NCBI GenBank assembly: GCA_012295275.1
Contig: CM022665.1
Location: 43,090,001 to 43,154,000, forward strand
From: Chrysomallon squamiferum
Taxonomy: Eukaryota; Animalia; Mollusca
Length of the DNA: 64,000 nucleotides
Reading direction: 5' to 3'
Shown here piece by piece: positions 1-11,858 of the stretch. Numbering within the stretch: position 1 is the stretch's first letter; each line of letters opens with the position of its first letter. The position numbers and the translations under genes were made by a program. The notes beneath the pieces are model-generated. The model had not been told where the DNA came from. It was given only the letters and a program-made list of their open reading frames with translations, and ran no database searches.

Positions 1-1524
1 TTATCTAAAATTACACTACGCTTTTTGTAGCTGTGGCTATTACAAAAATATAGTAAAATGATAACGATTACTGTACTCTAGGCACCTATGGGTTTCCATA
101 CTATTATTCTTTGAGCACTCAGTTTATCTGCAGTAACAAAACGTTAAAGAGCGAAGTCTGGTTTTTCAAGTATGAATATAAAACACGAATCATTTTAAAT
201 GTACAAAACGACGAGAAGAGAATGAAAAAAGAAGATGGAAAGCCACAGGAAAATGAAAAGGCACGCGGGGTTTTTATAAATGATTTATAATAATAATAAT
301 AAAAAGTAATACACTGAAGCAATATAAAACCATCTTGTTATACATTTCATTACGTTTATTTTTTCTTACGTCATTGATGCACGAATTGAAAAACAATACA
401 AATCTGAGCAATATAATAAAGAAATTGATTTAAATTTATTTGACAACGTTGTAATATATATATGAGATAGGCATAAAAAAAAAATTCTGATAAAAGAAAG
501 AAATAAACACAAATACCCGAAAATTTTAAATTAATAGGCCTATTATCTTTTTAAAAATGAATGACAAAAACATAAAACATCTAACTTATTTATAAAAAAA
601 GTTACAATTTTTAATATTCTCGTCGTCAATTAATGAATGGTGTTTGAAATTAATTAAATATTTGGCTTACGTCCATAAAAACATAAAACTACCAGGTGAC
701 CATAGAGTTCACATCCAACAAGTTAAATCCACTGTGATCCATATTTTTAAATATTCTTTATTATTTATACATATTCATACATTATATAGAGACAGACAAA
801 TACATACTGACATAACAGTCGATGAACAGACTGACAGAGATATAAATATACAGAAAGACAGAGATAATTAAGGATACTATAATACTTTTAAATATGTTAG
901 TATATTTTCTCTAACAGATGTGAACAGGCACGTACAAATCATGAAACTGTAATACCACCTTCCCTTTTATGAAGATCTGCTCTATTAATAATGAAGGTTG
1001 TTACATTTTAAAGTTGTATGATGACCGCCCCACTTCTGAAATTTTAGATGCACCTCTGCATATATAAATTGATACTACGATTAGCTTTTGCGTATTTTGT
1101 CGTTTCTTTCATTATTAATGTTTCAGACACGATGAAATCCGGTATTTATAAGATTTTCACAGTTTTGTTATCGTAAAGATAATTTGAAAAAATATCATCC
1201 CTGACTTATGAGATGAACCTCCTCTGATTCAAATTTCGAGGTAGATGATTGTTAATTGGCATTTAAAACTTCACCTTCAAACGTAACATTCTGTTGACAA
1301 CCTCAAAATCCATGATTCACCTAGCTCAGAAATGAAATCAGAAAAAGTTTCATCTCCCAATTAACATTTAATTTTTAACAGAACCAAAGACTTTCGAGAG
1401 ATATTGAATACACCACGATCCCATTTAATTTTATCTCCGTACCGTATATACTCGAAGAAATGAGCCTGTAAAATAATTTTACTGGAAGAAATGAAAAATT
1501 TGGTTTTGTACCGTAGTTACTCTA

Positions 1525-1626
1525 CTAGACGTTGGTTGTTGTCTGATGTGTTGGAGAACCAGCATTTATTTGGTTTGTGGCTTCGTGTGGCTGCAAAATG
1601 ATGTGTGACTCAGGACTCTCCGGTTG
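1525..1626 (-). CDS. iGluR exon 6 (cytoplasmic tail QPESPESH...QTTTNV*)
   Basis: tcttag phase-0 acceptor, 33 codons plus TAG, ends in a class I PDZ-ligand-like T-N-V. Confidence 0.8.
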   Translation of the reverse strand, partial: QPESPESHIILQPHEATNQINAGSPTHQTTTNV

Positions 1627-1688
1627 CTAAGATAAAATTTAAACAAAATTAAATAGTTTAAATTAGTATTAAAACTTAAAAATATGTA

Positions 1689-1743
<55 letters not shown>

Positions 1744-3474
1744 AATTTTTATATTTATTTATTTTTATTTTATTTATTTATTTATCAAAATATTAAGTTA
1801 CTAATGTTAAAAAGCAAGCAATTTAATCAACAACAGCAGCCGGTGCAACGAGTAACGATGAGTAATAAAAATATTATAAATTACAGTAATAATAATAATA
1901 ATAATAATACATGTAACAATAGCAATAACAATAACAATAACAACAATAATAATATTAATAATGATGATGATAAAAAAGAGAAGAATACAACAACAAAAAA
2001 ATACTCACAGCCTCTGCTTTTTTGTAGATGATGATTTCGAAGATGCATATAATACCTCCAGCTATAACTCCAAACAGCAGCACTATGAGCGCTCCTGAGA
2101 ACGTTCCGAGATCGACACTTTCGAAAGACGGCAGCTTCACCCAGTCTCGAACAGACGGGCTCAACGTCACTAAAGGACACAAGCCCGAAAACCATTTATC
2201 TTCAAGAAGATGAAGCGTTCCGTTTTCTTTCAGCTCCAACAGTGTTTCGTCTAGGGCGTGAGCGTACTTCCAGTCCTTGGCGTAACCGAACCCGTACGAT
2301 CCCGTCTTTCGGCCGTCTCCGACGAAGAAGATATCGCACGGAGGTTGTCGAACGTAGTATTTCGCCATTGCCGACTCCATGATAAAAGCGTAAGACTTCT
2401 TCCCTTTTCTTCGCACTTTGTTTATCCCGTCCTTAATGGAGTTGACGAAGTCGTTGTTTTCGGCTGATATCGACTTGTAAATCTGATGTAGATGCGGCAG
2501 TGGTGCCGTTCTGAAATACTGAGCAGTGGTTCCGTTTCGGAACATTCCGTATTTTATTTCCGTCTGCTTTAGGAGGTCTTCGAGGCCACGAATTTTGTAA
2601 TATTCTTCTTTTTCTTCGTATTTGGGGCCTGTTTTCAGCAAGTTTGTCAGGCTTGCGGTGAAGGTGACGAGAAAAAAAATGACGTAGATCCACCAGAAAC
2701 AGGCTACCAAACGACCACCAAGCGACCTTGGTGTTCTTGTGTAACCTTGAAAATAAAATATTACGTTTCAAACGTTTGAAATACTTATTACAGACTGAGT
2801 ATACAGTTACAGTGGTATCTTGATTTACGAGTTTAATTCGTTCCGTGATCGAGCTCATAACTCAAATTTTTCGTATATCAAATCATTTTTCCCAAATAAA
2901 ATTAATTGAAATACCATTAATCGGTTCCGGCCCTCCAAAAACCACCCCAGTTTTTTGTAACATTTTTTAAAATAAGAAAAATATATGTATAAATGACAAA
3001 TATTGTATAAAAACAAAATAAAAGAGAATGTAAAGAAATAATTTGGTTGTGTACAGGATTATGGTTTCTCCATCTTTTCATGGACAGATGTCCGCAGCTT
3101 AGAAATTATTTTAACGCCTTTGGCTGGAGTTATAGCCTTTATCGATTCCTGCTTCAGTATGGTATATACCGTAAAAGTACTACGCTCGTACTTCCTAGCC
3201 ATGTTCACTTTCTTAGGATTCATTGAAATCAGGCAAAATACACGATCAAAACACGAGCATAACACAACAGAGATTCTTCCACGGCGAGGTAACCACGTGA
3301 AGCAAACGAGTGCTGGACGGATGTTGCTGGACGGATGTTGTGTTGTTCGTTGCGCCAACTAGCGGGGGCATATCTGAAGCTCGCTTGTAACTTGGATTCT
3401 GGCTCGCGACTCAAAGCAAGTTGGCGCACTCGTAACTCGAGGTACAACTGTATTTTATTTCGATTTATTTAATC

Positions 3475-3505
<31 letters not shown>

Positions 3506-5237
3506 TATTATTATTATTATTTTGCGAAATGACGTTAGTATTAAAACAATGTTATTTTCTTATACTTTATTCTCAGCAAACATTGGTCGCAAATTAAAAA
3601 AATAAAAATATTAAATAACAAAATGTATTAATAAGATGTATGTCTGTATCATCGTATGAACATTTTTAGTCATCGATAATAAAGGTTACAGAAACTAGGA
3701 TATTGTCTCCAGCCTATAACAATGTGGAGAAATCTATTATCATTTCAGAGTTCCGCGTCTTAATTGGTAATTTAACCTAACAACGTCATGAACAGATAAT
3801 CCAACTTCGTGTTGTTTCATAAGAGATGGCGCTGGCTTTATGTAATACCGATAAGTTTAGATATCAAAACGGAGAAGCTTATTTTGTAATTATATAACAC
3901 AAAAGTAGTTTCGTAAATCAAGCAGTGATTATATCGATGTTTTCTCTCTGTTCATTAAAGATTGTTATATACGCATTTCATATCGGTTGAAAGGTGCATT
4001 AGAAGACCCTTTTTGTTAATCAGTTATTAGGCCTGTTAAAAAAACATTTTGTATGAAAAATTACGAATAGTGTATTTTGAAAGATTTCAAACAATGTTTG
4101 AATGAATTTATTTATTTATTTATTTACATACGTATGGATATAATCATTTACTTATTTATTTATTTATATACGTATGGATGTAATCGTTTATTTATTTATT
4201 TATTTATTTATTTTTTTTTTTTTTTTAAAAGAGATATAAACGTGAAAAATAACTAACCTTGCAACATCCAGGCGCTGATTGTAAACCAGAACGAATTGTT
4301 ACAGTTAAAAGATTCAGCCTCCCGAATAGTCGCTTCGCCATCTTTCGCCATTTGTCGCCATTCGTACGGATTAAACCGAGCTATGATGTAGATGACCGTG
4401 CTTACTCCGAAGTAACATATTAATGACATCATCCACACACTCTGCTCGAAAGGTATGAACAGACGCGATATTCTCTCTTGGAATGATTTTTTCAAAGGCT
4501 CGGGTTTCTTTAAGATTATAACTGGTCCGAACGTTTGGAAAGGAATAGAGAACTGGATAGCCTTCCTTCGCCGTGACGATATTGTGAGTGGTGCAGCAGC
4601 CAAATCATAATTCTGTCCAAAAAAATAAAAATAAAAAATAAAAAAAATAAAAATAAAGTATTTTTCATAAAACAACGACAACAATGATTATTACATCTTC
4701 AAAATCAATATTGCAGCTGCTACTTCTGTTATTACAATATTTTAATCTTACGGTCTTTTAATTACTATACTTCTGCTGCTGCAACTTTTGTTATCGTAGC
4801 GTTTATTATTGTTAATACTAATTCTGTTATCATCTACACGATTACTTCTGTTATTACTAATACCACCATTATTATTTATTATTATTACCAACATTTCCAT
4901 CATCATCGCTTGTAAAACTACTATCTTTACATCACTGAATGCTATCGGTAAACCCACTACTGCTAATATGACTATTAATATTGTTGCTATTACTATTAAT
5001 ACAAAAACCACGTCAGCTATGACTACTTAACATTCTCATTAATGACTATTATATCATCAAAATCAATACTGCTACTGATGCTGTAACTACTATTATTTGT
5101 TGTCCTTTTTGACTGTTACTACTATTATTATTCGAAATAATACAAAACCTACGTCAGTTATAACTATTATAAAACTTTACTTCAGTTTGTACTTTCATTG
5201 TTATTATAGCTATTATTAACTTTAACACAAATTCACC

Positions 5238-5291
<54 letters not shown>

Positions 5292-5551
5292 GGGTTAGGA
5301 TGTTTAGCTGAGAAATTATAGGTAGCAGGATCAGTCCTCGTCATTGTTTTACTATTCAGCTTTGATTTATCAGTGTGTTTTCCTGTCTACGGGAAGGTAT
5401 ATATAGGATGTAGCTTACTGCTAACTGAACAACAGAAGCCAGTCGAATGGCGGTACAGGATTTCCTCTGTTATTCTTCGGGCCTTAACTATATGCATTAT
5501 GCACTATAACGTTTTACTGAGCCATCGTTAGTTAAATGATGCTTTTTTTCG

Positions 5552-5599
<48 letters not shown>

Positions 5600-5773
5600 T
5601 AGCACGTCAATCTTTTGCCCGATATAGTACAAGAATGTAACTTAGAACGAGACTGTGGCAGTTATAAATAACTTGGACAGAATTAGTTACAGGAGAACGC
5701 TCAAAGGCATTTTAGTATCTGCCAAGTCCCACGCATTTTATGGCAGCAACGTATTATTTAGACTCTTACCCTG

Positions 5774-5821
<48 letters not shown>

Positions 5822-5975
5822 GCACATTATTTGTTTAATAGGACCAATAAAGCAACCAGTTTTGGGATAATAGGTGTTTAAAGGACGCTTATGCGATATA
5901 ATTACTCTTATTACTGATATTGCTTCTGGATAACATAACATATACTAACACTGCTGCCGCTGTTGCTTCTTACTA

Positions 5976-6008
<33 letters not shown>

Positions 6009-6015
6009 ATGTATA

Positions 6016-6048
<33 letters not shown>

Positions 6049-6308
6049 TATTATTATTATTACAGTTGATACTGCTGCTGCTGCTACTACTTACGTGTAT
6101 TATTATTTTTACTACTACTACTACTACAACAAATACGACAGTAGTTATTAATAATAGACTTAAATTCAGTACTCCTGCCAGTTTGGTACTACTACCATTA
6201 CTACCACAACCACCACCACAACCAATAACCTTATCATTATTCCATGAGCGAATTAATTATTACAAAAACTCGAAAAGTATACATTTTTTCCAGTCTAGAT
6301 ATTAAAAC

Positions 6309-6341
<33 letters not shown>

Positions 6342-6717
6342 AATAAATAAATAAAAAAAAAAAAGAAAGAAAGAAAGAAAGAAAGAAGAAATATTTCCTT
6401 ATTGCAAATGATGAATTAATTTTATTATTTTAATCATATTCGTACCCGGTTTAATACTTCCCCTACAAGACCGTCCCAACTTCCGTTTTCGTGAAGATTT
6501 CCGAACTGTTGACCTGGTAAGATGTGAATTGTGTAATCGACATTCATGCTGTTAGCCACACTATCTAGAATATCCTTGATGTAACCTTCATACTGCCCTG
6601 GATTCGTTTCGTTCGTATTGTCTGAGGTTCTCATCAAAAAAGGTGTAATCTACAAATACGAAGTAAATCATCAGTTAAAGATTATTTTTGTTATCCAGTA
6701 ATATTTCATCTCTCATA

Positions 6718-6787
<70 letters not shown>

Positions 6788-6805
6788 CATACACATATAT
6801 ACACA

Positions 6806-6843
<38 letters not shown>

Positions 6844-8478
6844 AACACATATATATACATATAAATATACAATATACACACACACGTGCAGAGCATCTGG
6901 CCAACTAATGAAAATTGAAAAATGCGGTGCGCGTGTATTTTCTGAAACAGAAGGTTATTTTTCACCCTTCCACTTGTTATCACCAGCTGTTTTGTGAAAA
7001 CACTTACTGATGTTTGCAGAGGTTTTCCAAAACACATTGCTGGAAATGAAACGTTTAACGAAAACAAGATAATGATTTGATATCCCAGAACGTCTGGGGA
7101 TAATACTAAAATGATCTGATTTTCACGAAACTAATTAAATGAGAAGAAGAAAAACAAACGCTGTTTGACGATTTCGATTCTCCTAGGGAGAGAGAATATA
7201 TTTTCGTTCAATTTGTGTTTTCGTGCAGTTACAATCTAATATAGTTATAATAAAAATATGTGAAATATATATATATATATTTTTTTTTTTTTTTCATTTA
7301 TTTATCCTGGAACATTATGAAGTTAATTAAGAGATATAACTGCGGAAGAGCTGGTATTTATCAAATCTCCCAGAAGACAACCCACGTAAGCAGTTTTGAG
7401 TACTTTGTGCACGACTGAACTACCCTTTGCTGACGTCTTTTAAAAACTAAGTATTTCGTCACACGCGAGTCAATAATTATTTATCACGAAGCGGTAATGT
7501 TTTAGGCAAGAAATATTTATCATAGTTATTTACTGAACCTAATTCACCATTACATTAGATTATACAGTATCGTGGTACATTTATAAAAGACAAGATACTC
7601 GCTTGTAAATTTCAGAAATTCGTTTTTCTGTTTCCATAGTGTAACATAAACGCGACGAATTCCATTTAAAGAAACTGATTTTCTGTTTGCGCGCTGTAAC
7701 AACAAATTGAATAAAAGGATCGATAAATAAAAGAATGTACGATCGATCGAATAAATAAACTGATCCGTTTAATGATTATTCGAACGGATGAAGCTACAAT
7801 AAATGAATGACAAATCAGTTTCTGAATGAATGAACGTATGAATGAATGAAATAATTAATAAATTAATATATATAAACCACTCACCAGTACAGAAACCACC
7901 TTAATAGTAACAGCCTAAAAAGAAAAGAAAAGAAAAAACAAATCAAAGTAAAAAAAAGGATTTAAAATGTAATAACGTATTTAGAAAATGATACGGCTAT
8001 AATAATAACTGTGTGAGCAAAAGTACATTTTGTATATCGTAATTAGACAGTAAAAAATCATCCTACAACGTTATAGCTTAAAATCAACATGTTTTATTTA
8101 ATGTTCACAGTTATTAATAAAAGAAATCTGATTTAGAGATAATCTATTTCTTCTTCCTCTTGTTGTTGTTGTTATTATTATGTTTATTTATTTATTTATT
8201 TAATTATTTCTAACCAATTTTTTATTTTATTATTTTGTCCTTTTTCTTTACTAAATTAAATGTTAATAAATTCCTTACGGCTGATTAAAATTTATTAGTG
8301 TCATCCGAAATCGTCCGCAATAGACCGACTTATGACATTTCCTTTTTGTTTTTCATCTACCGTTCCCTGAAATACCAGTTAGTGGAGGGGGAAAAAATAA
8401 GAACAAACAGGAATAGTTCGCTTCGTATAGCTTCGAGCAACTCTGTTTTTGGAAGTAGGAAGAAGAAAAGAATAGAAG

Positions 8479-8514
<36 letters not shown>

Positions 8515-8833
8515 TCCGCCATAGATTCGTTTCATCAGTGTTTAACGCATTATTATCCCAAACTGATGCACTCAGTGTAGCTTTGGGCTGTTTGATTTTT
8601 ATAGGTTGTCTGACGTCTATAAATAAGTAGTCGTCTTATAGTTAATATTATTTATTATTGTTTCGTACAGATTATTTTGTTATTTTGTTATTGTTTTGGT
8701 TCTCTATTTTTGGCAGTGGGTAAATGTCGAAAACACATAAGCCTGTATTCAAATTTTACACTCCTAGTGCTAAAACACTGAACAATAAAAAAAGCTAATT
8801 ATGGTGGAAATTCGTCTAGTCTCTTGAACCGGA

Positions 8834-8875
<42 letters not shown>

Positions 8876-9041
8876 GTTATTGTAGTAGTAGTAGTAGTAG
8901 TTGTTGTTGTTGTTGTTGTTGTTGTTATTATTATTATTTCTTTATTATGATCATAGTGTTGTGATTATTTTTTCTCTCTCTCCATAAAACTAAGGTTTTA
9001 TGATTTTAAGAAAAATATTTATTCTAAAATATGATTATTAT

Positions 9042-9075
<34 letters not shown>

Positions 9076-9197
9076 TTAATTTGTATTTTTATATTTTTCT
9101 TTTCTTATTACTTTATTTGATTTTATTTTATTTGATATTTATTTTAATTATTATTATTTTTATTTTTCTATTTTTTGTTTTATTTATTTATTTATTA

Positions 9198-9239
<42 letters not shown>

Positions 9240-9727
9240 TTTTTTTTTTTTTTTTTTTGTCGTAGTACTTTTAACTGTAGCAATGTAGCGATGTAGCAAT
9301 TATTTTAATAGTGCTGGAGGATATGGAAGATTCTTTCCTCCGTTTTACGACATCATAGAACCGATAATCAGCAGCTTGATTTTGATTTTAATGGAACAGT
9401 ATCACGAATTAGTGTCTGTAGGGACATATTCTGTTTCTCACTAGAAAATTAAGCGGAACATACAAAGGATGGTCGCATCCTTCTGTTTTTAGCCGATCGA
9501 TATTTTGTCTTTATATGAATCTCATTATTTCCACCAAAATGAAGGCGCACCCCACAACTGAAATGCTATACCGACATTTGATGAACAGCACGTCATAGAA
9601 GATTTTAAACATTTGTTAAAAGTTTTATTTGCGTTTTGTCTCACTTTTTTCTCTTTTAGTGGTCTGACATATAAGAAGACTGCTGACAAGCGTAAAATTG
9701 AAATTCAACAGGAATATGAGAACGATT

Positions 9728-9767
<40 letters not shown>

Positions 9768-10860
9768 CTATAGAAGGAAATTATGAAATTCTTCCTTCTA
9801 TTAGAACATTGATTTTTTCTTTTCGTTTTTTTTTTTTTTTTCTTCACTTTTTCTCTTTATTTTATTTATTTTTTGATCCAAAGAATTACTGTTATAAATA
9901 TGGACGGCATGCAAAATGGCCATGGTGCATTGCAAAACCGGAAAGGTCAGTGAAAAGTACTAAAAAATCTCTTACTTTCAACCGTACTATAAATAGCATC
10001 CTTCATTGTTTCGGGCAAACATCTATTTTGGTTAGTTACTGCAGTCGGCATCAGTATTTCACGTTTTTTTTTTTTTTTTTTAATATATGATATTGGAGCA
10101 GCAGTAATACTAGATGCAGTATCTGTAGAGACACTTGTATTAACAACAGTGTTTTTTTCGTGTTGTAGTAGCAGTAATAACTGATATGGTGTAGGTAGTA
10201 AGAGTAGAAGTAATAAAATTTGTGTAAAGTAAAAAACAGAAGTAGTATCAGAAGAGCAGCAGTAGAAGTGGGAGCAGTAGCAGTAGTGATGGTGGTAGTA
10301 TAAGTTTCAATGGTCGTAGTAGTAACAGTAGTATAAGTAATAGTGGGAATGGTAGTAGTAACAAAAACGGTAATTGTAAAAGTAATAATAGTTGCAGTAG
10401 TAGCACAGTAATAGTAATAAACGTAGTAGTAGTGGTAGTAGCAGCAGTAATAGTCGCAATAGTCGTAGTAGTGGTAGTGGTAATGGTAGTAGTAGTAGTA
10501 GTAGAAGAAGAAGAAATGGTAGTAGTCCTGCTAACAGAAACTGGAGGAAAAAAGGAGAAGAAGAAGAAGTAAAAGTTACTGTTGTATTATTAGTAGAAGT
10601 AAAAGGAAGAAGTTACATTATTTTGATTTTGCCAAAAATGATCGTCCACTGTATATCATTGTACATGTTTTAAATATAATTACACCAGTATTTGCTTATA
10701 CTGTTCAATTGGTCATCTGTCAATAACTAAAAAATATATTTTTAAAACTTGTTTTTCTCTTCTTCTTTTTTTTTTATTTATTTTTTTTTTTTTTTATAGC
10801 TTTTACAAAATTTTAATTATTTAATTATTTAATTCTATTATATCAACTGTGTGTAATTAT

Positions 10861-10927
<67 letters not shown>

Positions 10928-11858
10928 AAATTATAAAATTTATTATGAAAACTAACAAAAATATATAAGTACAAAAATTAGAAAATAAATTTAGAATTAA
11001 ACCATCTCTTAAATTGTGTGCAGTTTTCGGAACACGTCATAACATAAGATTATTTTATTATTAATAAATATATTTAAAAATAAAAACGTAAAGATAGAAC
11101 AAGAATGTTTTTTTTTTTTTGTAACACGCCGGCTTTATGCATGTCCTGAAATAGGAATGTACTTCAACTGTTTGTATAATCTGATTCTATTCACATCACG
11201 CGTGGTTGAAGCAATTAGCTTAATAATATAAATGATCTCATGGCAATTTTTTCATTTTCTTAAACAAAAAAAAAATAAAATAAAATAAAATAAAATGTAA
11301 CAAAATCAAATAGAAATATGAAAAGTAAAGAGGCAAGATAACAAAAAGATTTTGAAGTAAAAAAAAAAAAAAAAACATCTTATAAACATCAAAAGCTAAA
11401 TTTTGTTAGACAGTTTTATATCACGAAATCCACCGAAGTTATAATTATACAAAGATTTAACAGCATTATATTTATATTTAATAACTTCTTCTCTACATAT
11501 AATCGTTAATCTTGTTTATCATAATAAATAGGTGAGCTTTTTTAAAAATCTTTTTATGAATTTTCCAGATAAACTAAAACAAAAACACACTGTTTTACCA
11601 GTTTATAAAACAAGATTAAATCTAATATTTATTTTAAGAACGACACACAGTAAAGCTATGAAGTCGGCAGAGTTTTCAAATATAGATATGTAAAAAAAAA
11701 AATAAAAAAAAAAAAAAATAATAATAATAATAAAAAATAGACACGATTGAAAAATAAATAGCACGTAGCAGTTACGATAGTGTTATATTAATAATTACCT
11801 GTCCAGGAGTCACCAAAACAGCGGCAATCCATAACAGAACGGTTTCTGAGAGCTTCAT
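1525..11858 (-). CDS. Ionotropic glutamate receptor-family subunit lacking the amino-terminal domain (AMPA/kainate-like core), 6 coding exons, 495 aa
   Basis: Exons 11799-11858, 7885-7914, 6446-6649, 4258-4612, 2009-2745 and 1525-1626 total 1488 nt, all GT-AG with compatible phases (0,0,0,1,0). Motifs: signal peptide MKLSETVLLWIAAVLVTPGQA; S1 YEGYIKDILD, WDGLVGEV, DLAAAPLTISSRR; M1 ending ARFNPYEW; M2 FWFTISAWMLQG; M3 FLVTFTASLTNLL; S2 YAFIMESAMAKY, PPCD, KWFSGLC; M4 FSGALIVLLFGVIAG; C-terminus TTNV. Confidence 0.9.
2009..2745 (-). CDS. iGluR exon 5 (M3, S2, M4)
   Basis: ttcaag acceptor, GYTRTPRSLGGR...YKKAEA, gtgagt donor. Confidence 0.95.
2810..3450 (-). mobile_element. Internally deleted Tigger/pogo (Tc1/mariner superfamily) DNA transposon in iGluR intron 4
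   Basis: TA at 2808-2809 and 3451-3452 (target-site duplication). The left terminus CAGTGGTATCTTGATTTACGAG matches the reverse complement of the right terminus, CAGTTGTACCTCGAGTTACGAG, at 18/22. The minus-strand remnant ARKYERSTFTVYTILKQESIKAITPAKGVKIISKLRTSVHEKMEK resembles the CENP-B-type HTH of Tigger transposases. Confidence 0.88.
4258..4612 (-). CDS. iGluR exon 4 (end of S1, M1, M2 pore loop)
   Basis: NYDLAAAPLTISSRR...ARFNPYEW...FWFTISAWMLQ; ggacag acceptor, G|gttagt phase-1 donor. Confidence 0.93.
6446..6649 (-). CDS. iGluR exon 3 (S1: ITPFLMR...YEGYIKDILD...WDGLVGEVLNR)
   Basis: tttgtag acceptor, CGG|gtacg donor, 68 codons, canonical S1 motifs. Confidence 0.92.
6722..6885. repeat. 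Compound microsatellite (CT)n(AT)n(AC)n
   Basis: Directly visible. Similar tracts occur at 5777-5819, 10866-10927, 32980-33027, 40345-40503 and 50836-50960, and (AAT)n/(ATT)n tracts occur throughout. Confidence 0.95.
7885..7914 (-). CDS. iGluR exon 2 (30 nt, AVTIKVVSVL, first beta-strand of S1)
   Basis: Strong pyrimidine tract, ttttag acceptor and gtgagt donor; the peptide matches the TxxVxTxL-type strand that precedes the S1 PF motif. Confidence 0.8.
10170..10620. repeat. Degenerate purine-rich (AGT/AGC/GGT)n trinucleotide region
   Basis: Runs of agtagt, agcagt and ggtagt. A complementary-type degenerate tract (tactac/tgctac) lies at about 4710-5230. Confidence 0.75.
11799..11858 (-). CDS. 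iGluR exon 1 (signal peptide MKLSETVLLWIAAVLVTPGQ)
   Basis: ATG at 11858, hydrophobic core, CAG|gtaatt phase-0 donor; lies next to a CpG-rich upstream region. Confidence 0.8.

Noticed and set aside
1684-2195. ORFs with poly-I, poly-N and poly-L tracts (also 5963-6305, 9081-9296, 41290-41535, 51918-52570, 54464-56014)
   Set aside because: These are translations of (AAT)n/(ATT)n and related microsatellites with no domain signal; the real exons overlapping some of them are listed separately.
9387-9560. TTAATGGAACAGTATCACG resembling a Kolobok-type terminus
   Set aside because: No matching opposite terminus was found in the window, so it cannot be classified.
7915-11798. Search for hidden ATD-coding exons in iGluR intron 1
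   Set aside because: Only low-complexity tracts and short repeat fragments were found, with no set of open, splice-flanked segments resembling an ATD.
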